Position numbers and translations under genes: made by a program. The notes beneath the pieces are model-generated. The model searched no databases, was not told where the DNA came from, and worked only from the letters and a program-made list of their open reading frames with translations. Shown piece by piece: positions 36,504 to 48,447 of a DNA stretch of 64,000 nucleotides (positions are counted from its first letter, which is position 1; every line of letters begins with the position of its first letter). This DNA comes from Eledone cirrhosa (lineage: Eukaryota): NCBI GenBank assembly GCA_964016885.1, contig CAXHJY010000110.1:1-64000 (forward strand). Reading direction: 5' to 3'.

Positions 36504-37764
36504 GTAAAACTCACACACACACACGTGTGTGTGAGTGTGTGTGAATTTACAGATACTAGTGAGTTTATATATTTCATACAACCTTATAGTTACTTCTTAT
36601 TTGTGTGATAGAGAGAGAGAGAGAGAGAGTGGGGAGAGGGGGAGAGAGAAGGAGAGATAGAAAGAAAGAGAGGAAGAAAGAAAGAAACAAAGAGAGAGGG
36701 GAAGAAAGTCTGCAGTGTTGACTACACCCTTGAAAAGACATGCTGAACACACAAACCAAAACCTCTGGGCACAGCGGTCAGGATTTTACACACACACACA
36801 CACACACAATAATCCATATTTTCATATGCACATCTACACTACACACATGTATTCACACATGCATCCATACGCACAAACATTCATATGTACATATTCACAC
36901 ATGCACTGAGACAAACATACAGCATATACACATATGGGAGCATGGGGGCACATACACACATGCATGTTTACACAGGCACAAAGACACTCATAATAACACA
37001 CATCATATACACATGTGAGTACATTCACACACAAGCATGCATATATTTGCATATTCACAGACACCAAGACACACAAACAAACATACATCATACACTCATG
37101 TAAGTATGTTCAAACATGCACACGCACATTTACACAAGCACTAATACACATACAAAATACACATGAATGTTCACACAGGTAGACTTATACATATACACAT
37201 TTGTTCCCAGAGGCCCATGCAAAAACACGTACGTGTACATTCATACAATTCTCATAATTCCCTTGGCATCTTCCTGTTTATCACAGGAAGACTTGATATT
37301 AGATATTTCCAGCATTTTAATGAACCAAACAGCCAACCAATCGAAGTGGAGCTTTCTTCAAGCATTGCCTGCCAACTATTGAAAATATTCTATCTATTCA
37401 ATTCTCCGAAAAATAACAGCCAGTTAACATGCTAAATAATGTAGCAATGAATGAAAAACCAAAACAAGAGAAAATTAAATATACTGCTCACACCTCAGAG
37501 CGCACACTAATTCAATGGTCACAACAAAGAGTGAAGATACCTTTAACCCATTCAATACCATTATTCTAGTGAAAGACACTGCCTATGATTTTTAAAATAA
37601 TCAATAATTTGGTTCGATTTAGTAATATAACAAACATTCTCATTAGCAAGTGTTTTGGAGCATTACTTAAAGGATTTGACATAATATTAGGATGGAAGGT
37701 TTTTAGATAAATATGAAATGGCTGTGCAGTCTCTGTTTGGTTGTATGCTTCTTTCAACAGACAT

Positions 37765-38045
37765 TCATCATCATCATCTCTATTTAACATCTATTTTCCA
37801 TGCATGCATGGATTAAACGGGTTGCCATATATTGAGGCTAGACTGGTCAGGTGCTTGTATGATTTGTTTTGGATTGATTTCTATGTCTGGATACCGTTCC
37901 TGATTCTAACCACTTTACCGCATGCACTAGGAGCATTTTATCACGATTCTGGCACTACCATCTTACAAGGTGGTCTGGGAGCTTTAGTCATATCACCAGC
38001 GCTACCACTTTACAGAGTGGACTAGGTGCTTTTTATCATGGTATC
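37765..38045 (-). mobile_element. Old RTE 3' UTR / RTE-tailed SINE remnant
   Basis: (CAT)n tail, ttttccatgcatgcatgg and tggataccgttcctg..gtgcttttt motifs similar to the family A/B 3' UTR. Confidence 0.6.
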
Positions 38046-39959
38046 AACAATAGGGAGGCATTGATGGGAAAGATGATACCACCATGAGAGAGGAAGCATT
38101 GAGGTATGCCGGTGGCTTTCAAGAGAGTGAGCTGTGTCTGGTGATATATTGTAAGGCATGTCTGGATTTCCATGTTGACATGAGTTGGACAAGGAACAGG
38201 GATGCATGGGCCTGGCTTTCTATGTTGGTATAGATTGGACAAAGAAAATGAATCAGGAATGTGGATGGAAGTAGGGAGCACGTCTTTCTTCCATGCTGTC
38301 ATAGGTTAGGTCAAGGAAGGTGAATTTGAGATATAGGAGAGGGAAGCACAATTCAAGAGTGGGAGGACACTTTTTTTCTTGCTGGCATAAATTAGATGAG
38401 GAAAGGAGGATAGTTAGGAAGATTAAGGTAGGGAAGGTGGACAGAAGAATTAGAGATTGTCTTCCCATGCTGACATGAGTTGGGTAAAGAGAAGGGGAAT
38501 CAGTGGCGCAAATGGGAAGGAAGACTAAGTGGTGGTGGTGGTAGGAGATAATGAGAGCCTATAAAGAGTGTTACACCTCACTGCTGATGTTTCACACTCC
38601 TCATGTAAGAGGAGAATCTTCTGTAGTACATGTCACTATTTGACTCAACTGAGAAAGATAAATAAGATAGTGCAATACATAGAAAGTGGTGTCACTAAAT
38701 GCTACAATACATTTTTTCCAATGCTTTACCAATTCTCTCAATCTACCAGCCTTGGAAAATCATTTAATAAAGGACAAATTTTTATCTGCTAAAATTTAAT
38801 CTTACCTTTCATATCATAAAATGATTTCAGTTGAGATTTTAATTTTTTCTTCTTCGCCCACTATTCCTGGGAAGGTTGTGGGGGCAGAGTTCTCAAACAC
38901 TCCTTCCAGTAGGTCCTATCAGAAGCGACCATCCCCAATTAATCCGACTGGATCCCCAAGCGAGAACTGCCGAGCTCATGGATGTTATCCAATCATCTTA
39001 CTCGTGGTCTACCCCTGGGCCTCCTACCCATAAAATTTATTCAGCAATTCTTTCCTGAGACATTCTAGCCACATGCCCATAATAAATATCGGCATTGTGA
39101 CCTCTAAATTCAGCACAAGCTGGATCAACCTCTCTGATCTCGGAGCTACGAACTCTATCAAGTAACGTTACTCCAAAGACCCTTTGGAGGAACCCTATTT
39201 TGGCTGCTTGTGTTCACGATCGTATTGTTTCAGTCATTACTTAAGATTCGTGACAAAAATTCAATTTTAATTTAAATCTTAATGCTTTAATAAGTGACTC
39301 AATGTTGAAATGAGTTAAAGCAAATAAATTACTTACCTCCTGAAAAATATCTAGTTCGGAACATAAGGAACGGTAAGTCGAAGACTATAATCCATTATTA
39401 CTTCTCACCACATTTGACAGTAAAATTCCTCCTGAAATACAAAGATAGGAATTGTTAGTGGGTGGCAAAATGTAATGCTTTTTATATGAAATAATGGCAC
39501 TACTATGAGTATGATAACAATAAAATAATAGAATGGGTCACCATTGTAACCAATGAAATGTAAATAATATCTATTTGAAATAAACATCATTGAATCAGGA
39601 GCAGTTACAAACAGTTTGGTATGAAAAGTATTAAGGTCATGCAGATGTTTATTGTCCCAGATAAGATAATTATCTGTAGCATATGAATTAAGAGTCTGGA
39701 TACATCCTCCAAGAATCCAAATTCAGCTATACTTTGATCTCAGTGGGTTGGTACACATCCTGTCAGTCTAATAACAGGTATGAAGCTTAAAGTGTATTTT
39801 GGGTAATGTTGACTCCTCATCAAAGGTCTATAGATATCATCCTTTTCCTGTATTATCTTTTACCATAATGGTGTCAAGAGAGCAGCTAATCTCCACAATA
39901 AAAGATATTTTGGTTAATTTTGTTAGTAATGTCAGGTCAGTTGCTTTTTAATTTCATGG

Positions 39960-40207
39960 CTGTTTTCATTTTTAGAAGTTGGATAATTCAATGCAGCCAA
40001 TCACCACTGAGGGTTGCATCCATCAGCAGCTTTCCAGTGTGATTCACCAGAACAGACAGCTCAATATATACTGAGTGAGTGCCCAAATCTCCAACCACCT
40101 ATGGTTATGGACGTCACACACCCTAATCCCACTACCATGAGCTGGTTCCAATGCCTGGGAGACATCACATAATTGCAGCTATCTTATATGCCAGAAGAAG
40201 AAAAGAT
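39960..40207 (+). mobile_element. Decayed Ingi/Vingi-like LINE 3' end
   Basis: Translation ..FNAANHH*GLHPSAAFQCDSPEQTAQYILSECP..P..W..* is a CCHC knuckle remnant, followed by an agaagaagaaaaga tail. Confidence 0.5.
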
Positions 40208-40501
40208 TCTTTAGGTTCCACCAATATTCTTTTGAGCCATAGGTCTCAATATATTCATTGTTATTTATTATATCAATTTTTCTTTTTCACTCTATTCTAG
40301 ATTGTTCTGACAACCAAATCAACTCATGTTAAGGCTGTATCATCATCACCATCATTATTTTACATCCATTCTTTCATGCTATATATATATAAGGAATACA
40401 TTGCAGGTGAGGTGTCAAGCATTTCAGAAAATGAATTTTTGACAAGAGATGAAATAAATGTATAAATAAATAAATAAGTAACTTTAAAACAAACAAAAAT
40501 A

Positions 40502-40542
<41 letters not shown>

Positions 40543-41579
40543 TAATAATGATAGAGTTTCTGCTTGGAAAGAAATATGGAAGGAAGGACAACAACACAAA
40601 AAAAATGAATAATGTTGACGTAAAAGTAATAGAAATGGATGCTGAAATAACTAGTGGAGACAGGAGTGAAGAATTTGGAAAATGGTATTGAAAGGAAGCT
40701 GCAATTCCTCTGCTGACATATATTCTCTGGAATGAGAGACAAGAAACAACAATGGGACCTTAAAGAAAGGGGACAAAAAATATTTAGGGAACGGATGAGA
40801 AGCATTTTTTTTTAATTATTCAGAGAATTTGGATGATTAACAGGAGGACCCTTCTGTGATCTCCCTCACCACATTACCCTTTCCTCCCACTGGTGGTAGT
40901 GTGTGGGGTGAAAGAGTGGATAGAGAAAGGAAGGGTAGAGATTCCTGTCTTGTTTGAAGTATATTAGTGGCAGTGTGTGGGAGATGGGCTGATTATAAAC
41001 ATGTGTATGGAAGTAAGGGGATGTGTGGCGATGATGATGTGTGTGTGTGTGTGTGCACGCGCGCGCAAGAGTGTGACGAGTGCAGGGGTGGCGTGGGAGT
41101 TTATTTAATGGGTGATATATGTAATGTGTATGTGTGTAATGTGTGTGTGTGTGTAATGTGTATGTGAATGGAATCTAGAGCAGATGATGATGGGGGGGGG
41201 GGGGGGTAATTAATATTTATAAACAAAAAATTAAATAAATAAATAAAGCAATAGATAAATGTAGAGATGAAGAAGAAATTTAGGAATATGGAAGAAGTGA
41301 GAATGAGTGAAAAGGAGGAGATGACATTATCAATATTATTGATAACATGGAAGGTAGTAAACAAGTCAGTAGAGCAACAAACCAAGAGGCACAGGTAAGG
41401 TTGTATGGTTATGAAGTTTGTTTCACAGCCATGTGACTTTGGGATTACATTCTATTATATATATGTGTGGGTATGTGTGTATGTATATGTATGTATGTAT
41501 ATGTATGTATATGTGTATATGTATGTATGTATATGTATGTATATGTATGTATATGTATGTATGTATATGTATGTATATG

Positions 41580-41637
<58 letters not shown>

Positions 41638-41704
41638 TATAGAAAAGCTTCTACGAGACTAGAACTGTTTCATTCGTGAGAAATCATCATTGAACCCGGA
41701 ATAA

Positions 41705-42597
41705 CATCATCATCATCATCATCATCACCGTTTTACGTCCGTTCTTCCACGCTAGCATGGGTTAGACGGGTTGTCCTGTTGTGGGCAGTGTCTGGTCGGC
41801 TGACCATGCCTTGCTCATACAGGAACTGATCTGGCTTGATTTCTACAGCTGGATGCCCTTCCTAACACCAACCTCATTTACAGTGAGTGCTGGGTGCTTT
41901 TTCGTGGCGCCTACACGTCCACTTTACAGTGTGGGCTGGGTGCTTTTTTGCCGTGGCACCTCCACGACCACCTTGCGGTGGGGGGGGGGGGGGGGCATAT
42001 TGTTTATATGCTTCAGCATGTACCCATGGGAGGTCGGGTACCCTGTATTACTGCGTGACGCCAGAAGTCACGGTCGTGTGTCATTGACTTTGAGAGGTGT
42101 AGTTGGGTAAGGTCGGCTTTTATCACCTCATCCCAAGTCATCTTGGGTCTCCCCACTCCGCGGTTTCCATCAACTTCTAGTGCTCTGCACCTTTTTATGC
42201 AGCTGTCATCCTTCATACGCATCACATGTCCATACCAGCGTAACCGCCTCTCCTGCACGCAGCATTTGATTCCTCTTATGCTCAGTCTCTCTCTCAATTC
42301 ATTTATGCTTTGTCGTTCACGTATATTACTGTTACACATCCATCGGAGCATGCAGGCTTCGTTTCTCTCTAATCTACGTAAGTCTTCCACCTTCAGCGCC
42401 CAGGTCTCACTACCATGCAACATCGCTGTTCGGATACACGCATCATACAGTCTGCCTTTCATTCTGAGGGAGAAGCCTTTTGCAGCTAGCAGTGGTAGTA
42501 GTTCCCTAAACTTCTTCCATCCCGTTCTTACCCTAGTTATTGTACTTTCTGAGCACCCACCTCCGTTGCTAATTCGGTCACCTAGGTAGCAGAAGCT
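41705..42597 (-). mobile_element. RTE LINE family A, 3' fragment
   Basis: The element-derived part of ORF 42013-42636 (from SFCYLGD) is identical to the C-terminus of 56160-59279; (CAT)n at 41705. Confidence 0.95.
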
Positions 42598-42610
42598 ATA
42601 TATATATATA

Positions 42611-42996
42611 GTTAAAAGAATAGAGGTGTAACACACAAGTTATTATATATTGGTAAACGGAATAGAAAATGCTGACAAATTGTTCACAGTTGAAAAATGG
42701 TTTAATTAGGAATAAAAGAGGTTTTTAAGTTTTTACCGGTTGCGCATTTCTAAATGCTTTTCAAAAATAATTTTGAGATAGAGTGTCCGTGCTGTTTGCT
42801 CTGATCAGAGCAAACAGCACGGACACTCTATCTCAAAATTATTTTTAAAAAGCATTTAGAAATGCGCAACCGGTAAAAACTTAAAAACTTAAAACCACAA
42901 CTGAATAATAACCCATACAATCACTAATACTCTTTTATTCCTAATTAAACCATTTTTCAACTGTGAACAATTTGTCAGCATTTTCTATTCCGTTTA

Positions 42997-43005
<9 letters not shown>
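42611..43005. repeat. Large spacer-less palindrome centred at 42804/42805, with a degenerate minimal hammerhead in each arm
   Basis: Arms 42644-42804 and 42805-43005; a 41-bp segment (42889-42929) is present in the right arm only. Confidence 0.9.
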
Positions 43006-43037
<32 letters not shown>

Positions 43038-43117
43038 AATATATATATATAAAATCTAAGTGTACAATTCAATCGAGGAGAGAGTAGAGATTAGTTTATG
43101 AGAACTATAAGCCAGTA

Positions 43118-43441
43118 GTGAAGGCATATAGCTTAGTGGTTAGAGCATTGGGCTTGCAATTGTGATGTGAGTTCGATTCTCATACAGGTTGTTGTGTTGT
43201 GTCCTTGAGCAGGACACTATTTTCATGTTATGACAGTTTACTCGGCTGTATAAATGAGTTGAGACACCACTGGTGCCAAGATGTATGGACAACATCAGTG
43301 GTGGAGAGGAGAGACTGGTATTTATGGGCAACTGCTGGTTTTCTACAAACAACCTTGCCTGGACATGTGCCTCTGAGGAGAACTTTCTTGGTGCAAATCC
43401 CATGGTCATTTGTGACTGAATGGGGTCTTTACCCTTATCCT
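43118..43441 (+). mobile_element. tRNA-derived SINE
   Basis: A box tagcttagtgg, B box gagttcgattc, then a gtgtccttgagcaggacact core. Confidence 0.7.
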
Positions 43442-43459
43442 ATGTGTGTGTATCAGAGT

Positions 43460-43622
43460 ATCATTCATTTTACGTCTGCTTTTCCCTGCTTGCAAGGGTG
43501 GGACGGGAACCGATTCTGGCTTGATTTCTACAACTGAATGCCCTTCCTAACACCAACCTCATTTACAGTGAGTGCTGGGTGCTTTTTTGCCGTGGCACCT
43601 CCACAACCACTTTGCAGTGGAA
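43460..43622 (-). mobile_element. Short RTE-derived element: family A-like UTR module joined to a family C-type tail
   Basis: 43467-43503 matches 30464-30499; 43514-43620 matches the family A 3' UTR. Confidence 0.75.
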
Positions 43623-44419
43623 TGATATGGACCCCAGTCCCTATCATCTCATTTCTACAGCTGAGTAAACTGGAGCAATGTGAAATAAAGTGTCTTGCTC
43701 AAGGAAGTGTGTTAGAAATTTGTATTAAATAAACACAGTATATTAATAAATATACAATACGTACATTCACACACACATAGATACATACACATACATTTTA
43801 TATAAACATGAAAAAAGTTTTAAATCCCACAGTGCTTCAAACAAGCTATGACACGTGTGTGAGTCTTCACTTTGCATGCATACCAGTTGAGCATCCTATG
43901 GTATTTGTCAATGTCCAGCATAACCAGTATGTCTCACAGCTCAAGAATTCAGCAGTAAATGTGTAAATAAATATAAAAGTTGGCATCAGGAAAGGCATAC
44001 AGCCAGAAAACACTGCCTCAAAAATGTTCATTCAAACCATGCAGGCATGGAAAAGCACACAAGACAATTATAATGAAGACTCTGTTAAAGAAGTGAGGAG
44101 AGTTTGATGAGGGAAGGGATGTTATCATTACTATAGATTGGAAATCAATAGACTGAGAAAGGCAGTGGAGCATCAGACTAAGGAGAAATATAGAAATAAG
44201 ACCATTATGCAGTGAGGAAGGTTTAATAACAGAAGGAATATAGTTAAAGTTAGCAATATTATCATACATTGTATATGGCATCTTTTTCTTTTTGTCATCT
44301 CTATTATAGCCTGTTTTAGGGAGAGATTCTCTCTATCTCTCTCTGTGTTTGTGTTTGTGTGTGCATGTGCGTAGTAATAAAGGATGTTAAAAGTATATAT
44401 CATTATCCTCAATATTGTA

Positions 44420-44590
44420 TAGGTGCTGGCATGGCTATGTGGTTAAACAGTTTTCTTAGAAACCATTTGATTTGGGGTTCAACCCCACAGGGTGACACCT
44501 TGGACAAGTGTCCTCTACTCTAGCCTAATGCAAACCAATGCCATGTGAATGAATTTGGTAGATGGAATCTGTGCAGAAGCCTACTGCATG
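44420..44590 (+). mobile_element. tRNA-derived SINE (second family; a partial head also at ~41385-41452)
   Basis: A box tggctatgtgg, B box gggttcaaccc, caccttggacaagtgtc core, gatggaatctg..gaagcc end followed by (TG)n. Confidence 0.65.
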
Positions 44591-45959
44591 TGTGTGTGTG
44601 TATCTTTACATTGATACCACTTGGGCAGCTGATATTTGTTTCAGGTATAAATAATATATCCCAGAGTAATGAACTCAAATATTGGATATGAACTGGTGCT
44701 TTCAATCATGTGTGACAATTTGAAAACAGCAACACCATGGACTGTGTGAGTATACGAGATACTTATTTTAATGTATATGTTACCTTGTCAATGTCTTTGC
44801 TTGTAAACCTCAGATTCTGAAGGTAACTAACTACTTAGACCTTTAATAACGTAACCAATTAGTATTATCCTCATCATAATTTTTTTTTACATCTGCTTTT
44901 CCATGCTTGCATCTGTTTGATGAGTCTTCTTCACTGGTTTCATTCCTTCATCTCCTTTGTGAATAAGTTTCTTGAGATCAGCGTTCACATCTTCCCACAT
45001 CTTCTGATATCTATTTCCTGCATAAACAATATGTACCACAGCTCAGCAGTTTAACAAGTGAACATCAGTACCTTTTTTTGTTTTCAAGTGTCATACTTGT
45101 AAACAATGGTTGCACATCTGACCTTAAAAAATGTTAAATTCATGCTAATGTGGAGCCGAGGATCAGTAGGACTGTGTTATGCAGTAGAGTGAGCTCCTAG
45201 AGCTCATACTTGTCTACAAAATGGCTCAAATAAATTGCCAGCCAAACTCTCCATGTGTCCCCATCATGGCACTAGCTCCACCAAATTGGCTTGGGTGTGA
45301 AAGCAAGAGCTTGGCGTTGTAACGGATGCAATCCTTGGATTGCACTATCCTAAAATGCATTTACTTGCAGCTGGGCACTGCTTGCAAAACCAATAGCCCA
45401 AAGTAACTCCATTGAAATGAACTTACACAGTGAATTCCTTTGATGGAGCTGGTTCAACCCATCCCAGGTAAACACCACCATAAGTAAGTATGGAAAAGCA
45501 GATTTAAAAACGATGATGACTACTCCAGTTGGTGTATCAATTTAACTGTCACAAGAGCCCCATGGTTAAATACTCTGTGTTCTTGTTTTATTAATGTCAA
45601 GCAAATATAGATATTGTCAAGCAAATATAGATATTGTATGAATAGAAGCATACACACACATGTACACCAGGTCTGAACACAGAGGAGCTGAACTCCCACT
45701 GTCATTGCCTCCATATCTCTTGCCCTCCCCATCTCACACTATTATGAGCAAATGGGTCCCATGCGCTGGTCGCCCCAAGGCCCCAGCGGACAGAATAGAG
45801 AAGGCATTTCGTCAGAGGATAGTGAGGGTGATGTGCTGGAAGAGCCATACTATCTCACTAAGCCCACATCTACAGCTAGCCAGCTTAGCGCTTATGGTGG
45901 TGAGATGGTTAGGAAGGGATTTGGGCTCTACTCTACAATTGTATGTTGACATGCAATGG

Positions 45960-46112
45960 GCTAGCAAGGTATCTGAGAATCAGTTTCTTAAGATCAGCTT
46001 CACCACTATAACCTACATCTTTCTTGGTCTTCTTTTTCCTTAGTTTCCTTCCACAGGAAATTCTTGACAATTCTTCACCCAACGATCATCATCCATACAC
46101 ATTACATGTCCT
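45960..46112 (-). mobile_element. Old RTE RT C-terminal fragment (family C-like)
   Basis: Similar to 30560-30700 (GHVM..DDRWVK.CQE). Confidence 0.6.
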
Positions 46113-47818
46113 TATCAATATAAAACCAAGTGTATCAGTAATTACAGGTACAAATGTAAATTTATTATCTGGGTAAAGAACTTACAGCTTTCCAAATGTA
46201 CATAGGCTTTATGTGAAAGAAAACAAAAAAAATTGTGATTGTATTTACACACACACATACACTCACACACACAAGTGTGTGTGTGTGAGTGTGTGTGTTT
46301 GAGTGTGTGTGTGTTTGAGTGTGTGTGTGTTTGAGTGTGTGTTTCAGTGTGTGTGTGTCTGAATGTTTGTGTCAGTGTGTTAGTGAGTGTTTCAGTGTGT
46401 GTGTGTCAGTGTGTTTGTGAGTGTTTCAGTGTGGTGTGTGTGTGTGTGGTTTGTCTGAATGTTTGTGTCAGTGTGTTAGTGAGTGTCTGTTGCTGAAAGA
46501 TTACTTGCTATGAAAGTATGTTTCAAAAGCTACAGATTGTTTATATATCAAGTTGAATTGATCCAATCAAAATAAGATAATTAAGGAGTCAATTAACATA
46601 TGTTATTAGATAGATTAGAAAAAATTGAGTTTAAATTTGCAGCTAATGATTTTATTAGAAAAAAACTAATGCAAGGAATAAACTGAAGTATATAACATAA
46701 TGAAATATTTCAATGTGCACATCTGTCTGCATGCGTCTGTTTGCACAAGTATATGCATGTGCGTGCATGCATGCATGTGTGTTGGTAAAGACAAAATGAA
46801 TATAGCAAATAAGGGAGTAAAAAAATCTCCATCAAATAAGACAATCCTCACAATTTCACAACCAAAGCTCCCTTCAAAATTAGTCCAAAAAACTTGTATC
46901 AGCTCAAGCTATAGAAGTTTTCTCCCTTATTTATTTCTCATCACATGAACCCCCTCACTGGATCATATATTTTTTATCAGCTAGTTGTTGCTGTTGTTTA
47001 GTGCCAAGTCAGCCATGATTTTGTCAACCTATGACCAAAAGCTATGACAATCCCAGTATAAGTGCAGGGAATTCAGAACAACATTCTTTATTACAACAGT
47101 AGGCAATGATTTGATGGAGGTTTGGATGCAATTTCTAGCAGGTTGAGTGACCATGAATATGCTCCCTAATAGATTCACTGTGTCAATTACTAATTCTTGG
47201 TTCAGATTAATAGCCCTATTTCAAGGAAATTCAGCTCTAAAATAGTCTCAAAAAGGATTACCTGATGAGTATGAAGTCTGCCAGAGTGCCTACAAAGTTA
47301 ACCCTGCTATGACAAGAGGCAATGGCCATGAAATGCTTTTTACCTTGTATTTATTTTCTATTTTAGCTTCTAAAGTTACACTCACACAGATGTGCATTCA
47401 TGTGTATCAAGTAATTGTATTTTTTCTTGTTATTTTTGTCATTCTTTCAAAGAGTGTGTCATGTTCTCCATTGTCTATTAATATTGCTTTGACTTCAAAA
47501 GATAAAATATCACAATATATTCATTTATTGCTGAATTTTTTATATTCCATTTTCAGTATTCCAGTTTGTTTTTGTTGTTGTAATTGTTATGTCACCCCCC
47601 CCCCCCTCTCTCTCTCAAAGTGAAACAAACATCTAATAGCATTCTAGATAAAGATGACCTGAGTACTTGACTACCTGGTTTTTACTACATTTTTTTTAGT
47701 CTTTCAATACCTTCCAAAATTCCTCTTTGAAAGTTAACAAAGGATGTTTACATGATATTTGCATTGTTTAGTAAGCAGCAGTAGTAGCATGATATTAGGT
47801 TACATTCACCGATTCTTA

Positions 47819-47930
<112 letters not shown>

Positions 47931-48112
47931 AAAACAGTGAGGGAGAGGGGGCAAGAGAGGAAAAGAGGCTGGGTTATACAAATTGGAGAAATAAAACATT
48001 ATATGAGCAGAATGATATATACTTTATTACAGCTGTAAAGCTACATCAGTGATTCAACGTCATGGATTTTAGACTTAAGGACACAACATTTGATTGATTG
48101 GAAAGTGATCTT

Positions 48113-48349
48113 GTAGGTGTCACCACAAAAAACACCCAGCCCACACTGTAAAGTGATTGTGGAGGAGGCATGTCAAAAAGCCCCCAGCACACACTGTAAA
48201 TGTGGTTGGCGTTAGGAAGGGCATCCAGCTGTAGAAATCTGGCCAGAAACAGTTGAGCAAGACATGGTCACCTAACCCAACTTGTCTCAAATGGGACAAC
48301 CCATCTAACCAATGCTAGCGTGGAAAGTGGACACTAAGCGATGATGATG

Positions 48350-48351
<2 letters not shown>
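48113..48351 (+). mobile_element. Diverged RTE 3' UTR module / RTE-tailed SINE
   Basis: Contains gttggcgttaggaagggcatccagctgtagaaa and ends in tgctagcgtggaaag..gatgatgatga, then (TA)n. Confidence 0.8.
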
Positions 48352-48398
<47 letters not shown>

Positions 48399-48400
<2 letters not shown>

Positions 48401-48447
48401 TCCCATCCTTGCAAGCAGGGAAAAGCGGATGTAAAATGATGATGATA
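48399..48447 (+). mobile_element. ~48-bp family C 3' terminus inserted in (TA)n
   Basis: ccttgcaagcagggaaaagcggatgtaaaatgatgatgat matches the reverse complement of 30451-30495. Confidence 0.8.

Noticed and set aside
38811-39950. Host coding exons or an identifiable LINE
   Set aside because: The composition looks coding-like, with faint endonuclease-like words, but frames are heavily interrupted and cannot be assigned without a search.
41636-41703. Further hammerhead (minus strand aTGATGA..GAAACAGTTC); similar partial words near 46185, 47262 and 48030
   Set aside because: The core is incomplete and stem I does not pair; at most these are decayed remnants.
43118-43185. tRNA gene
   Set aside because: A and B boxes are present but there is no convincing cloverleaf, and the sequence continues into a SINE core.
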